Shown here: positions 9,279 through 19,114 of the stretch, one piece after another
How positions within the stretch are numbered: position 1 is the stretch's first letter
Layout: each line of letters begins with the position of its first letter
Source of the DNA: Proteobacteria bacterium ST_bin12
GTDB taxonomy: Bacteria > Pseudomonadota > Gammaproteobacteria > Burkholderiales > Methylophilaceae
Assembly: GCA_002083635.1 (NCBI GenBank)
Contig: MSXP01000005.1
Location: 344,592 to 408,591, forward strand
DNA: 64,000 bases
Direction of reading: 5' to 3'
Notes under the pieces: model-generated
Seen by the model: only the letters and a program-made list of their open reading frames with translations
Told to the model about the DNA's origin: nothing
The model's database searches: none
Position numbers and translations under genes: made by a program

Positions 9279-9860
9279 TTAGCTAGCAGGTGTCGGCTCA
9301 ACTGCAGGCGCAGCAGCCGGGGTCGTAGAATCTGCGGCTGGTGCAGCCTCTGTAGGCGCTGCTTTTGGCGGTTCAAAATTTGCACCTGATGCATTTGCCA
9401 TATGAGCAACTGCATTTGCAATCTCACCATCTGTTAAGTCTGGGTTACCACCACGCGCTGGCATATTACGAATACCTGCAATCGCATGTTGTACCAATGT
9501 TTCATAGCCTTGCGCAATACGTGGCGCCCATTGTTCTTTATTACCAATAGTTGGTGCTGCCATTAAACCAGCAGCATGACAAAGCGCGCAAACCGCTTTA
9601 GTGACTTCTTCACCACTTTTATCCACATGCGCACCCGTACTTGCTGCCGCCACCTCAACAGTAGCGACTGGCTGAATTGCCTCTTCTACTTTAGCTGAAA
9701 CTTCTGCAGCGGTTGGTGCTGGTGTTGTAGGAGCTTCAGTTTTACCAAAAAAATGCGCTAATAGTGAAATTAACAAAGTAAACGCTAAAATAGTCCCCGG
9801 AATTGCGATAATCAATTGCCAGAAACTAGAACTTGAATAACTATCATCTTTCTTACTCAT
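9279..9860 (-). CDS. membrane-anchored c-type cytochrome (c5-like) with Ala/Pro-rich linkers
   Basis: 193 aa with an N-terminal TM segment, heme motif CALCHAAG, downstream NMPARGG, and AP-rich tails. Confidence 0.75.
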   Translation of the reverse strand: MSKKDDSYSSSSFWQLIIAIPGTILAFTLLISLLAHFFGKTEAPTTPAPTAAEVSAKVEEAIQPVATVEVAAASTGAHVDKSGEEVTKAVCALCHAAGLMAAPTIGNKEQWAPRIAQGYETLVQHAIAGIRNMPARGGNPDLTDGEIANAVAHMANASGANFEPPKAAPTEAAPAADSTTPAAAPAVEPTPAS

Positions 9861-10053
9861 TGCTTTTAATCCCTAAATATTAAAAATAATTAATTATAAT
9901 TTTGCATAAAACAATTATACCTACTCGCCATCAAGGTTAAAAGCATGCAAGTCCAGATAGCACACAAAAACCTTAAAAGTGACACTTAATTACATACCGA
10001 CTTAATACAAAATATCTTAATACCACATGCTTTGTTATAATGCGGCACTACAA

Positions 10054-10130
10054 GCGCCCGTAGCTCAGTTGGATAGAGTGTTGGTTTCCGAAGCCAAAGG
10101 TCGTGGGTTCGACTCCCGCCGGGCGCACCA
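10054..10130 (+). tRNA. tRNA-Arg (anticodon CCG)
   Basis: Folds by hand as a cloverleaf: acceptor GCGCCCG/CGGGCGC, anticodon stem TTGGT/GCCAA, loop TTCCGAA, T-arm GTGGG-TTCGACT-CCCGC, encoded CCA. Confidence 0.95.
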
Positions 10131-10141
10131 AAATATCAATT

Positions 10142-11053
10142 TTATATTTTCCAGTAATGGTCTACCAATAATGCGGCAAAAATAAGTGTTAAGTAAAGTA
10201 TAGAGTACTTGAATGTCGACTTAGCCAAATCATCTGAATATTTTCTATACAAACCAATTACATACCATAAAAATACCGCATTTAATAAAATCGCAGAAAC
10301 CAAGTAAATCAAACCGCTCATGCCTAATCCGTAAGGCATCATTGACACCACAACCAAAATCACGGTGTATAGCAAAATATGCAATAGCGTAAATGCTTCG
10401 CCGTGCGTCACAGGCAACATTGGCATGCCAACTTTGGCGTATTCCTCGCGGCGATACAAAGCAAGCGCCCAAAAATGCGGTGGCGTCCAAGCAAAAATAA
10501 TCAAAAACATGATTAGGGATTCTGGCGAAACGGCATTATTGACTGCTGCCCAACCTAATATTGGCGGCATAGCACCTGATGCGCCACCAATCACAATATT
10601 CATCGGTGTTGCTGGCTTTAAAAACACAGTATAGATAACGGCATAACCCACAAAAGTGGCAAATGTTAGCCACATGGTTAATGGATTAACGAATACATAC
10701 AAAATCAATAAGCCTGTACCGCCTAAAAGTGTGGCGAAAATCGTCGTCTCTGCGTGTGAGACTTGACCAGTCGGCAAAGGCCTGCCGCGTGTGCGCGCCA
10801 TAACCGCGTCGATTTTATGCTCAATTAAACAGTTAAATGCCGCCGCCGCACCAGACGCAAAAGCAATTCCAACTGTTGTAGCCAGCAAAAGCGGCCAAGG
10901 CACCATGCCAGGCGTTGCCAGGAACATACCAATAATGGCGGTAAACACAATCAACATGGTGACACGTGGTTTACACAGGGCGTAAAAATTCTTAAAACTC
11001 GCCACAAAAGCGTGCAAGTGACTCGCTGTGTTTACATTTGATTTAAGACTCAA
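10142..11053 (-). CDS. cyoE: protoheme IX farnesyltransferase (heme O synthase)
   Basis: 303 aa, polytopic UbiA-family prenyltransferase ([15 protein letters not shown]) sitting in the cox assembly cluster. Confidence 0.9.
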   Translation of the reverse strand: MSLKSNVNTASHLHAFVASFKNFYALCKPRVTMLIVFTAIIGMFLATPGMVPWPLLLATTVGIAFASGAAAAFNCLIEHKIDAVMARTRGRPLPTGQVSHAETTIFATLLGGTGLLILYVFVNPLTMWLTFATFVGYAVIYTVFLKPATPMNIVIGGASGAMPPILGWAAVNNAVSPESLIMFLIIFAWTPPHFWALALYRREEYAKVGMPMLPVTHGEAFTLLHILLYTVILVVVSMMPYGLGMSGLIYLVSAILLNAVFLWYVIGLYRKYSDDLAKSTFKYSILYLTLIFAALLVDHYWKI

Positions 11054-11092
11054 TTCATACTCACTTTATTTCATTTAATGTGGTTGCAAACG

Positions 11093-12097
11093 CTATGAGC
11101 GATTGACTTTGCTGCCTGTGATTTTTGAATTAAAAATCACTAGAATGACGACCAATAAGGCAGCGCCCAGATTATGTCCCACAGCTAATACCAGCGGCAA
11201 ATGCAATACTAAATTTGCAATACCAAGGCTGATTTGTGCAAATAGCACAGCAATTAATGCCAAGCTAAGGTTTTTTAATTGTGCGTATTTTAAACTATTT
11301 AATGCTAAAAAACCCAAATAAATCAAAGTAATGATGGCACCAACACGATGCGTCCATTGAATAGCCGTCAATGATGCCAGCGTTAAATTGCCGCCATCGG
11401 CACTCTGCCCTAATTCGCGCACCATATGAAATGCGTCTTTGAAATCCATGTCCGGCATCCATGCGCCATGGCAGGTAGGGAAGTCGGTGCAAGCCAATGC
11501 GGCGTAATTGGTACTTGTCCAGCCACCTAAAAATATCTGCATCAATAAAATCACTAATGCAAAACGAATCAAGTTTCGCGAAGCCTTGCTTTGCACAATA
11601 TCAGACGAATATTGGCCCCAGTTTCGATGCGCAATCCAAGTCAGCAAGCCTAAAGTGGTCATACCGCCCAATAAATGTGCGCTAACGATGACTGGTTTTA
11701 ATAGCATGGTCACCGTCCACATACCCAGCGCGGCCTGAAACATAATAATGCCCAGCAACGCAGTGGTAAGCCATGGCGATACTTTGATTTGCTGTGGATA
11801 CTGACGCGCTTTTTTCCATGCCAGAATAAATAGAGCCAACACAACCAAGCCCAATGTGCCTGCCAAATAACGGTGTAGCATTTCTTTCCAAGCTTTACCC
11901 GTTTCAATAATGCTATCAGGGTATATGGTCTGCGCATTTTGAATAGCTGCTTCGCTTTCTGGCACGGTTAATGTGCCATAGCAACCAGGCCAATCGGGAC
12001 ATCCCAAGCCTGCATCCGTTAAGCGCACATAAGCGCCCAAAACAACCACACATAGGGCCATTATTGCGCCCAACATTGCTAAACGTTTAAACAACAT
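11093..12097 (-). CDS. ctaA: heme A synthase (COX15/CtaA)
   Basis: 334 aa, 8 TM segments, contains GLGCPDWPGCYG and conserved His residues. It lies next to cyoE. Confidence 0.85.
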   Translation of the reverse strand: MLFKRLAMLGAIMALCVVVLGAYVRLTDAGLGCPDWPGCYGTLTVPESEAAIQNAQTIYPDSIIETGKAWKEMLHRYLAGTLGLVVLALFILAWKKARQYPQQIKVSPWLTTALLGIIMFQAALGMWTVTMLLKPVIVSAHLLGGMTTLGLLTWIAHRNWGQYSSDIVQSKASRNLIRFALVILLMQIFLGGWTSTNYAALACTDFPTCHGAWMPDMDFKDAFHMVRELGQSADGGNLTLASLTAIQWTHRVGAIITLIYLGFLALNSLKYAQLKNLSLALIAVLFAQISLGIANLVLHLPLVLAVGHNLGAALLVVILVIFNSKITGSKVNRS

Positions 12098-12098
12098 A

Positions 12099-12710
12099 CT
12101 ATGCCGCCCAAGAGTATCTTAAAAGTCTTGCTAAATCTTTACGAATATCCGCTGCCGAAGTGCTGGCAGGATAACTCATCATGATATGACCCAAAGGGTC
12201 AACAAAATACAATCGGTTTGATTGAAAGGCTACTTCGTTCGCGATATTAAACTGCTGACTAAGCTTATCAACATCTACATCAGACTGATTAATGATGTTC
12301 AAATCTGGAAAATCTTTTTTGATTGCTGCAACATCTTGAACATGTGTAATTAGTACACGCTGCGTGCGCGGAATGTCTTTATACATCGACACATGGATTT
12401 GGCGCATATCTTTTAATTTGGCCATACAGCTAGCCTCACACGCGTCTGAGACGTAAACCATAGTCCACTTCTCAGTCCAAAAATGGCTGCTATCTTGACC
12501 ATCACTGTTTTTCAAATTAACTGTTGTTTCAATTAATCTTGGCGGCACCATCAACTCGCCACGGCTTGCGCCCGTAGGCTTAAAGTCGTATTTAAACATT
12601 AATACAACCGCAATAATCGGCACCACAAAAAAAGTCAGCATCATCAAAAACACTGCTCGCCCTTTGCGCTGATTCTCTTGATAAGTAGTACTTGTTTGTT
12701 CTGTTTGCAT
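12099..12710 (-). CDS. membrane-anchored SCO1/SenC-like thioredoxin-fold protein (divergent), cytochrome oxidase biogenesis context
   Basis: One TM segment followed by a CxxxC motif (DACEASC). It sits between SURF1 and ctaA, with its stop 1 nt from the ctaA start. ATG 12710 (SD AAGGTG) is preferred over GTG 12722. Confidence 0.45.
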   Translation of the reverse strand: MQTEQTSTTYQENQRKGRAVFLMMLTFFVVPIIAVVLMFKYDFKPTGASRGELMVPPRLIETTVNLKNSDGQDSSHFWTEKWTMVYVSDACEASCMAKLKDMRQIHVSMYKDIPRTQRVLITHVQDVAAIKKDFPDLNIINQSDVDVDKLSQQFNIANEVAFQSNRLYFVDPLGHIMMSYPASTSAADIRKDLARLLRYSWAA

Positions 12711-12744
12711 AAAATCTTTCACCTTTTCAACTAATCTTTACAGC

Positions 12745-13491
12745 CTAATTTAATTTCTTAATACCCAGATACAAGTAAATCACCAATGTTGCAAATGCAA
12801 AACCAAACCATTGATAGGCATATCCCAAGTGCGTCACAATTCGATCAGCTGACATTTCCCAGTTGCGTACAAATCCGCCTGCAGGACTATCATTATCCAG
12901 CTTTACAATCACTGGTAAAATTTTGATTGGTGCCGTTTTAATATATTTCTGCATATCTAAGTTTTGCCAAACCAACTGCCATGGCAAGCTTTTAGTGCCT
13001 GCCTGCTCTTTTTCTTTCTCTTCAAGGGTAAATATTTTTTTAGTTGGCAACCATGCCATCCCTTTAATTTTTTGCACGCCTTTTGGTGTATCGAAAACAG
13101 GAATATCTGCGCGTGTTTTATTACCTTGAATCCAGCCGCGATTTACCAAAACGTAGGTGTCAGAATTTTGTATTTTGAGCGGCGTGACGACATGATAGCC
13201 AGCCAAACTATTTTCTACTTTATTGTCGATGAGTATTTGAAATGCAGTGTCGTACTCACCATCCACTTCAATTTTTTTAAACTCCAAATGCTCAGAATTA
13301 GATATATAGTCTTTTAAGTTTGGTGTGTTATTTGTATTGGCATGCTCAAAATCCGCTTGAATTTTCTGCTTAAGCGCTGCTTTTTCATATTGCCAAAACC
13401 CCAGTTTGATAAAAATTGGGATACAGATAATCGTAATCAATGTGCCAAGCAGTGTTGGCTTAAATTCTACATTCAGAAATCTAAATTGCAT
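12745..13491 (-). CDS. SURF1-family cytochrome oxidase assembly protein
   Basis: 248 aa with N- and C-terminal TM segments, GFWQYEKA and VNRGW motifs, and cox cluster context. Confidence 0.8.
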   Translation of the reverse strand: MQFRFLNVEFKPTLLGTLITIICIPIFIKLGFWQYEKAALKQKIQADFEHANTNNTPNLKDYISNSEHLEFKKIEVDGEYDTAFQILIDNKVENSLAGYHVVTPLKIQNSDTYVLVNRGWIQGNKTRADIPVFDTPKGVQKIKGMAWLPTKKIFTLEEKEKEQAGTKSLPWQLVWQNLDMQKYIKTAPIKILPVIVKLDNDSPAGGFVRNWEMSADRIVTHLGYAYQWFGFAFATLVIYLYLGIKKLN

Positions 13492-13554
13492 TTATACTAG
13501 ACCAGTCGCATAATTATTTATTACTTCACCATTCAACTTTACTTGGACAAATTA

Positions 13555-13755
13555 ATGTTTATAAAAATTGCAGTCGTATTGGTATTAATTATTATTTTAG
13601 GAAGCTTATTTTCAGCTTTGTTTTTCTTAAATAAAGATAAGTCTGGTAGCGATCGCACGGTTAAAGCACTAACAATGCGTATTGGTTTATCAATCATCTT
13701 ATTTATTGCGTTAATTATTGCTGCTTATTTTGGAAAGCTAGGCCACGCACTTTAA
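13555..13755 (+). CDS. twin-transmembrane-helix small protein (DUF2909-like)
   Basis: 66 aa from ATG 13555 (the track starts at TTG 13543). It has two hydrophobic helices. This kind of small protein typically accompanies betaproteobacterial cox clusters. Confidence 0.55.
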   Translation: MFIKIAVVLVLIIILGSLFSALFFLNKDKSGSDRTVKALTMRIGLSIILFIALIIAAYFGKLGHAL

Positions 13756-13771
13756 CTTTCACCGTTCAAAC

Positions 13772-13802
13772 AAAAAGGGCGATGCAATGCATCGCCCTTT
13801 TT
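13772..13802. terminator. bidirectional intrinsic terminator between convergent genes
   Basis: AAAAAGGGCGATGC-AAT-GCATCGCCCTTTTT, a 9-bp GC-rich stem with A and T runs on both sides. Confidence 0.8.
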
Positions 13803-13813
13803 GTTATGTCAAA

Positions 13814-14695
13814 TTACAGCATGTATACAAATATAAATAAGCCTAACCATACCACGTCTACAAAGTGCCAGTACCAAGCTACACCTTCAAAACCAAAGTG
13901 ATGCTCAGGCGTAAAGTGGCCTTTCATGCAGCGGATTAGTATAACGATTAACATCGTTGTACCAAGCAACACGTGGAAACCGTGGAAGCCTGTCAACATA
14001 AAGAATGTTGCGCCATATGCGCCGCTACCTAAAGTTAAACCCATTTCTGTGTAAGCTTCATGATATTCCATCGCTTGGCAAGCCAAGAAAGTAATACCTA
14101 ATAAAACAGTTAATGCCATGCCGATTACTAATTGGTTGCGCTTATTTTTAATCAAGCCCCAATGTGCCCAAGTAATGGTTGCACCAGAGCTTAGTAACAA
14201 AATAGTATTGATTAAAGGTAAACCGTTCCAGTGCATAGGCTTAAAGTTTGCAGGTGGTACGTACTCGTTACCAAGTACAACTCCGCCTGGACCTAATGAT
14301 GGCCATGAACTCAAGAAATCCTTATAAGGTGTAATGTCTGCGTCGTAGCCTGCTAAATCTGGCACAGACAATACGCGCATATAGAATAAGGCGCCGAAGA
14401 ACGCAGCAAAGAAAGCAACTTCAGAACAGATAAAAACAATCATGCCGATACGAAACGATTTATCTTCCCAGCTTTTGTATTGTCCTGTGATGCTTTCAGA
14501 TATAACCGAACCCATCCATTTAAAGGTCATGGCAATGATAATGGCAGCGCCTAAATACATCATCCACTTACCAAAATGCAGGTTATTCATATTAAAAATG
14601 AAACCTGAAGCAAGAGACAACAAACCTACCGATAATATTGAAGGATATATGCTGCCATGCGGAACATAATATTGATTTTCTGAATGTGTTGCCAT
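13814..14695 (-). CDS. coxC: cytochrome c oxidase subunit III
   Basis: About 293 aa from ATG 14695 (SD GGGAG). A 7-TM protein with HGFHVLLGT and WYWHFVDVVW signatures. Confidence 0.9.
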   Translation of the reverse strand: MATHSENQYYVPHGSIYPSILSVGLLSLASGFIFNMNNLHFGKWMMYLGAAIIIAMTFKWMGSVISESITGQYKSWEDKSFRIGMIVFICSEVAFFAAFFGALFYMRVLSVPDLAGYDADITPYKDFLSSWPSLGPGGVVLGNEYVPPANFKPMHWNGLPLINTILLLSSGATITWAHWGLIKNKRNQLVIGMALTVLLGITFLACQAMEYHEAYTEMGLTLGSGAYGATFFMLTGFHGFHVLLGTTMLIVILIRCMKGHFTPEHHFGFEGVAWYWHFVDVVWLGLFIFVYML

Positions 14696-14830
14696 TCGTT
14701 TACTCCCAAGCACCTAAATTAACTACTTAATTATAACGTTGTATCGCTTTGCTGGCGATACAAGCTCCCTTTTATACTTCAATTTTTAATATCAACTTAA
14801 TATTCATTTCAAGCAATATTAAAATTACTT

Positions 14831-15403
14831 TTATTTTTTTGTCGCTTCAAAAAAAGAATACGACAAGGTCATTTCACTTACATCTTTTGGTAATGCAGGA
14901 TCTATAAAGAATCTCAACGGCATTACTTTTGTTTCACCTGGTTTTAAGCTTTGATTTACAAAGCAAAAACATTCTACTTTTTTCAAATAAACCGACGCAA
15001 TTCCTGGGGTAACACTTGGAATCGCCTGCCCGACTACGACTTGGCCGGTAATATTCTTTGCTTCAAACAATACTGTTTCAATCTTGCCAGGATGTAATGT
15101 AATACTGGCTTGCTTAGGGTAAAAATTCCATCCTAAGCCTGGCATAACTGCAGATGTAAACTGTACAGTAACATTTCTGCTGGTATCTACTTTAGCTTTA
15201 GTTAGTGTTGATGCTTCATTATTAGTCTTACCATTTAAACCAGTAATACTGCATAAAACATCGTACAAAGGCACTAAGGCAAAAGCAAACAGTAAAGAGC
15301 CTGCTGCAACCCATACCATTTTTTTAGCTAACTTAGCATTGGCGCTTTCAAGTTCAGCTTTTGTTTTTGGCTTGAGTGAATCTGTGTTGTCTACAGGTTC
15401 CAT
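14831..15403 (-). CDS. ctaG: cytochrome c oxidase assembly protein CtaG/Cox11
   Basis: Contains LYDVLCSITGLNG and CFCF motifs. ATG 15403 is preferred over the GTG at 15430. Confidence 0.85.
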   Translation of the reverse strand: MEPVDNTDSLKPKTKAELESANAKLAKKMVWVAAGSLLFAFALVPLYDVLCSITGLNGKTNNEASTLTKAKVDTSRNVTVQFTSAVMPGLGWNFYPKQASITLHPGKIETVLFEAKNITGQVVVGQAIPSVTPGIASVYLKKVECFCFVNQSLKPGETKVMPLRFFIDPALPKDVSEMTLSYSFFEATKK

Positions 15404-15504
15404 ATAGTGAACATCGATACCACGTACCACACAAGGGCAACTGCCCCAAATATTAACGCTATTTTTTTACTTCTGTTACGTCTTGCTACTTCTTGGTTTT
15501 CCAT
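15391..15504 (-). CDS. 37-aa cytochrome oxidase small assembly protein-like ORF (below the ORF-track cutoff)
   Basis: My translation is MENQEVARRNRSKKIALIFGAVALVWYVVSMFTIWNL: a basic RRNR head plus one TM segment. Its stop overlaps the ctaG ATG by 13 nt. The SD is weak. Confidence 0.5.
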   Translation of the reverse strand: MENQEVARRNRSKKIALIFGAVALVWYVVSMFTIWNL

Positions 15505-15526
15505 CTATCAAATACTTTCGTTGAAT

Positions 15527-15557
15527 AGAAAAGCCCAATCATGACTTGGGCTTTTCT
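15527..15557 (-). terminator. intra-operon stem-loop / partial terminator between coxA and the assembly genes
   Basis: AGAAAAGCCCAA (15527-15538) pairs with TTGGGCTTTTCT (15546-15557), a 12-bp stem. On the minus strand the GC core is followed by TTTTCTATT. Confidence 0.45.
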
Positions 15558-15565
15558 GAAAATCA

Positions 15566-17158
15566 TTATTTAATAACTGGTTGCTCTGTGAAGCTATGGT
15601 ATGGAGGTGGTGATGGTAATGTCCACTCCAAGCCTTCTGCACCTTTCCACACTTTATCCGTTGCTTTTTTGCCACCTTTTACGCATTTGATAATCACGTA
15701 AACGAATAACAATTGTGATAAGCCTAGAGCAAACGCTGCGATAGATGAAATCATATTGAATTCAGCAAATTGCAATGCGTAGTCTGGAATACGACGTGGC
15801 ATACCAGCTAAACCAACGAAGAATTGTGGAATAAATGTTAGGTTAAATGAAATCGCTGTTAACCAGAAGTGCCATTTACCCAATGTTTCGTCGTACATAT
15901 TACCTGTCATTTTTGGTAACCAGTAATACACGCCAGCCATAATACCCATGATACCGCCAGCAAACAGTGTGTAGTGGAAGTGCGCTACAACAAAGTAACT
16001 GTTATGGTACTGCGCATCCGCAGCAACATCGGCCAATACTAAACCTGTTAAACCACCGATACCGAATAATATAATCCAACCCACCGCAAATAACATTGGT
16101 GTTTCAAATGTCATTGAGCCTTTCCACATGGTTTTAATCCAGCAGAAGAACAATACGGCCAATGGAAGTGAAATGGCCATGGTGCTGTACATAAAGTAAA
16201 GCAAGGCAGGCACTGGCATACCAGCGGTAAAGAAGTGATGCGCCCACACAACTACAGCTAAAGCACCAATCGCCCACAGTGAGTACACTTGTGCTTTGTA
16301 GCCATACATTGGTTTACGTGAGAATGTTTGTAGAATTTGTGGAATGAAACCCCATACTGGCAGTAACAAAATATACACTTCTGGGTGACCGAAGAACCAG
16401 AATAAGTGTTGGAACATGATTGGGTCACCACCACCAGCCGCATCAAAGAAGTGCGTACCGAAATGACGGTCTGTTAGTAGCATGGTTACTGCACCAGCTA
16501 ATACTGGAATAGTTGCTACTAACAAGAAAGCAGTAATTAACCAGCCCCATGCAAACATTGGCATTTTCATCAATGTCATGCCAGGTGCACGCATATTGAA
16601 CAACGTCACAATAATGTTAATTGAACCCATTACTGAAGAAACACCTAACAAGTGGACTGCGAAAATCGCAAAGTCAACACCAATACCACCTTGCACAGAC
16701 AATGGTGGATAAAATGTCCAACCTGTTGCAATCGCGCCATCACCAATACCAAACAAGGCAAGCGTGAACGGCAGTGTTAACAAAATCGCTGAAGGTGGCA
16801 ATAACCAGAAACCCCAGTTATTCAAACGCGGCAAGGCCATATCTGGCGCACCAATTTGCAGTGGAATCATCCAGTTAGCAAAACCAGTCGCTGCAGGCAT
16901 TAATGCCGCGAAAATCATAATCAGTGCATGCACACCGATTAACTGATTGTAAAAATCAGGATTCATTAACTGCAAACCTGGCTGGAACAATTCGGCACGA
17001 ATGCCTAAAACCATTGCACCACCCACTAAAAACATCACTAAAGAAAAGGTCAGATACATAGTACCAATATCTTTGTGATTGGTTGTTGTCAGCCAACGCA
17101 TAATTCCCGATGGATGATCATGATGTACTTCATCATGTGCTACCGTTGTTGTACTCAT
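15566..17158 (-). CDS. coxA: cytochrome c oxidase subunit I
   Basis: 530 aa, 12 TM segments, with canonical heme-copper oxidase motifs (WFFGHPEVYILLLP, HHFFTAG, VAHFHY). Confidence 0.95.
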   Translation of the reverse strand: MSTTTVAHDEVHHDHPSGIMRWLTTTNHKDIGTMYLTFSLVMFLVGGAMVLGIRAELFQPGLQLMNPDFYNQLIGVHALIMIFAALMPAATGFANWMIPLQIGAPDMALPRLNNWGFWLLPPSAILLTLPFTLALFGIGDGAIATGWTFYPPLSVQGGIGVDFAIFAVHLLGVSSVMGSINIIVTLFNMRAPGMTLMKMPMFAWGWLITAFLLVATIPVLAGAVTMLLTDRHFGTHFFDAAGGGDPIMFQHLFWFFGHPEVYILLLPVWGFIPQILQTFSRKPMYGYKAQVYSLWAIGALAVVVWAHHFFTAGMPVPALLYFMYSTMAISLPLAVLFFCWIKTMWKGSMTFETPMLFAVGWIILFGIGGLTGLVLADVAADAQYHNSYFVVAHFHYTLFAGGIMGIMAGVYYWLPKMTGNMYDETLGKWHFWLTAISFNLTFIPQFFVGLAGMPRRIPDYALQFAEFNMISSIAAFALGLSQLLFVYVIIKCVKGGKKATDKVWKGAEGLEWTLPSPPPYHSFTEQPVIK

Positions 17159-17207
17159 AGCGCTCTCCTCATTACCTTTATTTCAACAAATAAATCAAAA
17201 AAATAAA

Positions 17208-18374
17208 CTATTGACGCGCCGCTTTAACTTGCGCTGGCTGCACAATTGGATCAACTGTTGCCGCATTACCAAGCGCTTGGCGCTCATAAGTAATGACCGC
17301 AGCAATTTCGGTGTCATTTAAAGTGGCTTTCCATGCTGGCATGACGCCTTTACCGTTCAGCAAACGATCTAAATGACTATCTTTTAAGTATTTACCATCA
17401 GCGCCAAAAATTGGGCCAAGCGCAATTTTGCTGCCCGTCATTGCTGGGAAAGCCGGCGGCAAACCAGCGCCATTCACTTGGTGACATACTGCACAATTTT
17501 TCTCGTAAACGCCTTTACCTTGCGCAACTAAATCGTCTTTCGTCATTTCTTTAATTTCGCCTGCTTTTGCAATTTCTGCCTTTTTAGCCGCCACCCAAAC
17601 TTTATACTCTTCCATTGGCACTGCATCTACAACCACCGGCATATATCCGTGGTCTTTACCGCATAACTCTTTACATTGACCGCGGTATGTACCCGCCTTA
17701 TCAACCTGCACCCATGTTTCACGAATAAAACCAGGCACTGCTACACGAGATGATCCGAATTGTGGAACCCACCAGTTGTGCAATACATCAGAAGCCGTCA
17801 TTAGAATACGTACTTTTTCGCCTACTGGTAATACCAAGTGGTTATCCACTTCTAATAAATAGTTTTCTTTTTTCTCAGCTACATTGTGTTGCTCATCAGC
17901 TGTTGTTGTTAAATTACTAACAAACTTGATACCTTGCGCTTCACCATCTAAATACTCATATTGCCAGCGCCACTGTGAGCCAGTCACCTTAATTACCATG
18001 GTCGCTTTATCACGTGTATCTTCCATCATTACCACGCTGTGATAAGCTGGAATGCCCATAATCACAAAATCGATCAACAATAAAATAACGAAAGGCACTA
18101 ATACCCAGAAAATCTCTACTGCGGTTGATGGCGCTTTATCTTCAACAGCTTTGTAACCTTTATTTTTACGATGCGCAAAGATTGAATAAATCATAATTGC
18201 TAAAACGACCACGAAAATTACCATAGTGATTAACATAAACTTATTGTGTACATGTAACGTGTCTAACGCCATTGGGGTTACTGGCTCTGGGAAATTCCAA
18301 CTGTAATCAGCAAAAGCATTGAGCGATGCAAGCATTGCTGCAAAACCTAGCCCAATTTTTTTAAAAACTTGCAT
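17208..18374 (-). CDS. coxB: cytochrome c oxidase subunit II with fused C-terminal cytochrome c domain
   Basis: CuA motif HNWWVPQFG...CKELCGKDHGYM, C-terminal CAVCH heme site. ATG 18374 (SD GGAG) is preferred over TTG 18386. Confidence 0.9.
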   Translation of the reverse strand: MQVFKKIGLGFAAMLASLNAFADYSWNFPEPVTPMALDTLHVHNKFMLITMVIFVVVLAIMIYSIFAHRKNKGYKAVEDKAPSTAVEIFWVLVPFVILLLIDFVIMGIPAYHSVVMMEDTRDKATMVIKVTGSQWRWQYEYLDGEAQGIKFVSNLTTTADEQHNVAEKKENYLLEVDNHLVLPVGEKVRILMTASDVLHNWWVPQFGSSRVAVPGFIRETWVQVDKAGTYRGQCKELCGKDHGYMPVVVDAVPMEEYKVWVAAKKAEIAKAGEIKEMTKDDLVAQGKGVYEKNCAVCHQVNGAGLPPAFPAMTGSKIALGPIFGADGKYLKDSHLDRLLNGKGVMPAWKATLNDTEIAAVITYERQALGNAATVDPIVQPAQVKAARQ

Positions 18375-18404
18375 AAACCGCTCCAAGACTTATTAATAAA
18401 TAAA

Positions 18405-18881
18405 CTAATGAATACTTTGTAATTTTTGTTTGAGCTCGCGAGCTAACGCTACCCGCTGCTCATCGTCTATAAAATACTTGCCAAACTCGACTTCTCTACC
18501 GCGCGAACTTATAAACAGCCCGTTCTTACTTGCCAATCTTTTATTATTAGTGACATCACGCACATGTACTTGAGTCCAATAGCGCTGAAACTCAGTAATA
18601 CTTGTTTCTTTAAAATTTCTTTTTTCTACAATTATTTTGTCATCTTGTATTGCAATACTCTCATAATCGCTTGAGTGCTGATAAATATAATAAAAAGCAT
18701 ACGCAAAAGCAGCAAGCTCAAGCCCAGCAAACGGCAACACCAACCAAGCGCCGGCATGACTAAAGCCAATCGCCACTACGAGAGCAATAATCGCAAGCAC
18801 CACCATTAGCTTTAAACTATTTTCTGGCGACAGTGAGTTATTGGGCCTTGCAACAATTTTATAGTCCATTATTGATAGCAT
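18405..18881 (-). CDS. DUF2244-like integral membrane protein preceding coxB
   Basis: 158 aa with two TM helices after RPNNSLSPENSLKLM. The position upstream of coxB is typical for this family. The start could instead be ATG 18869. Confidence 0.65.
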   Translation of the reverse strand: MLSIMDYKIVARPNNSLSPENSLKLMVVLAIIALVVAIGFSHAGAWLVLPFAGLELAAFAYAFYYIYQHSSDYESIAIQDDKIIVEKRNFKETSITEFQRYWTQVHVRDVTNNKRLASKNGLFISSRGREVEFGKYFIDDEQRVALARELKQKLQSIH

Positions 18882-19027
18882 AATTATTTAGGAAATTTTA
18901 TAACCTAAGCCTTAAAGTTCTAATAATGAATAACGACTGTTACAACTTGTTACAAGTTCAATTAATCTAGCATACCTCACCAACCATTTCAAGCTTGAAC
19001 CAAGAAGCTTTAAGCCTAATTTCGATT

Positions 19028-19114
19028 TGGTGCCGGGAGGGGGAATCGAACCCCCACGTTGTCGCCAACGCGGGATTTTGAGTCCCGTGCGTCTACCAAT
19101 TCCGCCATCCCGGC
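19028..19114 (-). tRNA. tRNA-Leu (anticodon CAA)
   Basis: The reverse complement GCCGGGATGGCGGAATTGGTAGACGC...CGGGACTCAAAATCCCG...TGGGGGTTCGATTCCCCCTCCCGGCACCA has a long variable arm, acceptor GCCGGGA/TCCCGGC and encoded CCA. Confidence 0.95.
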
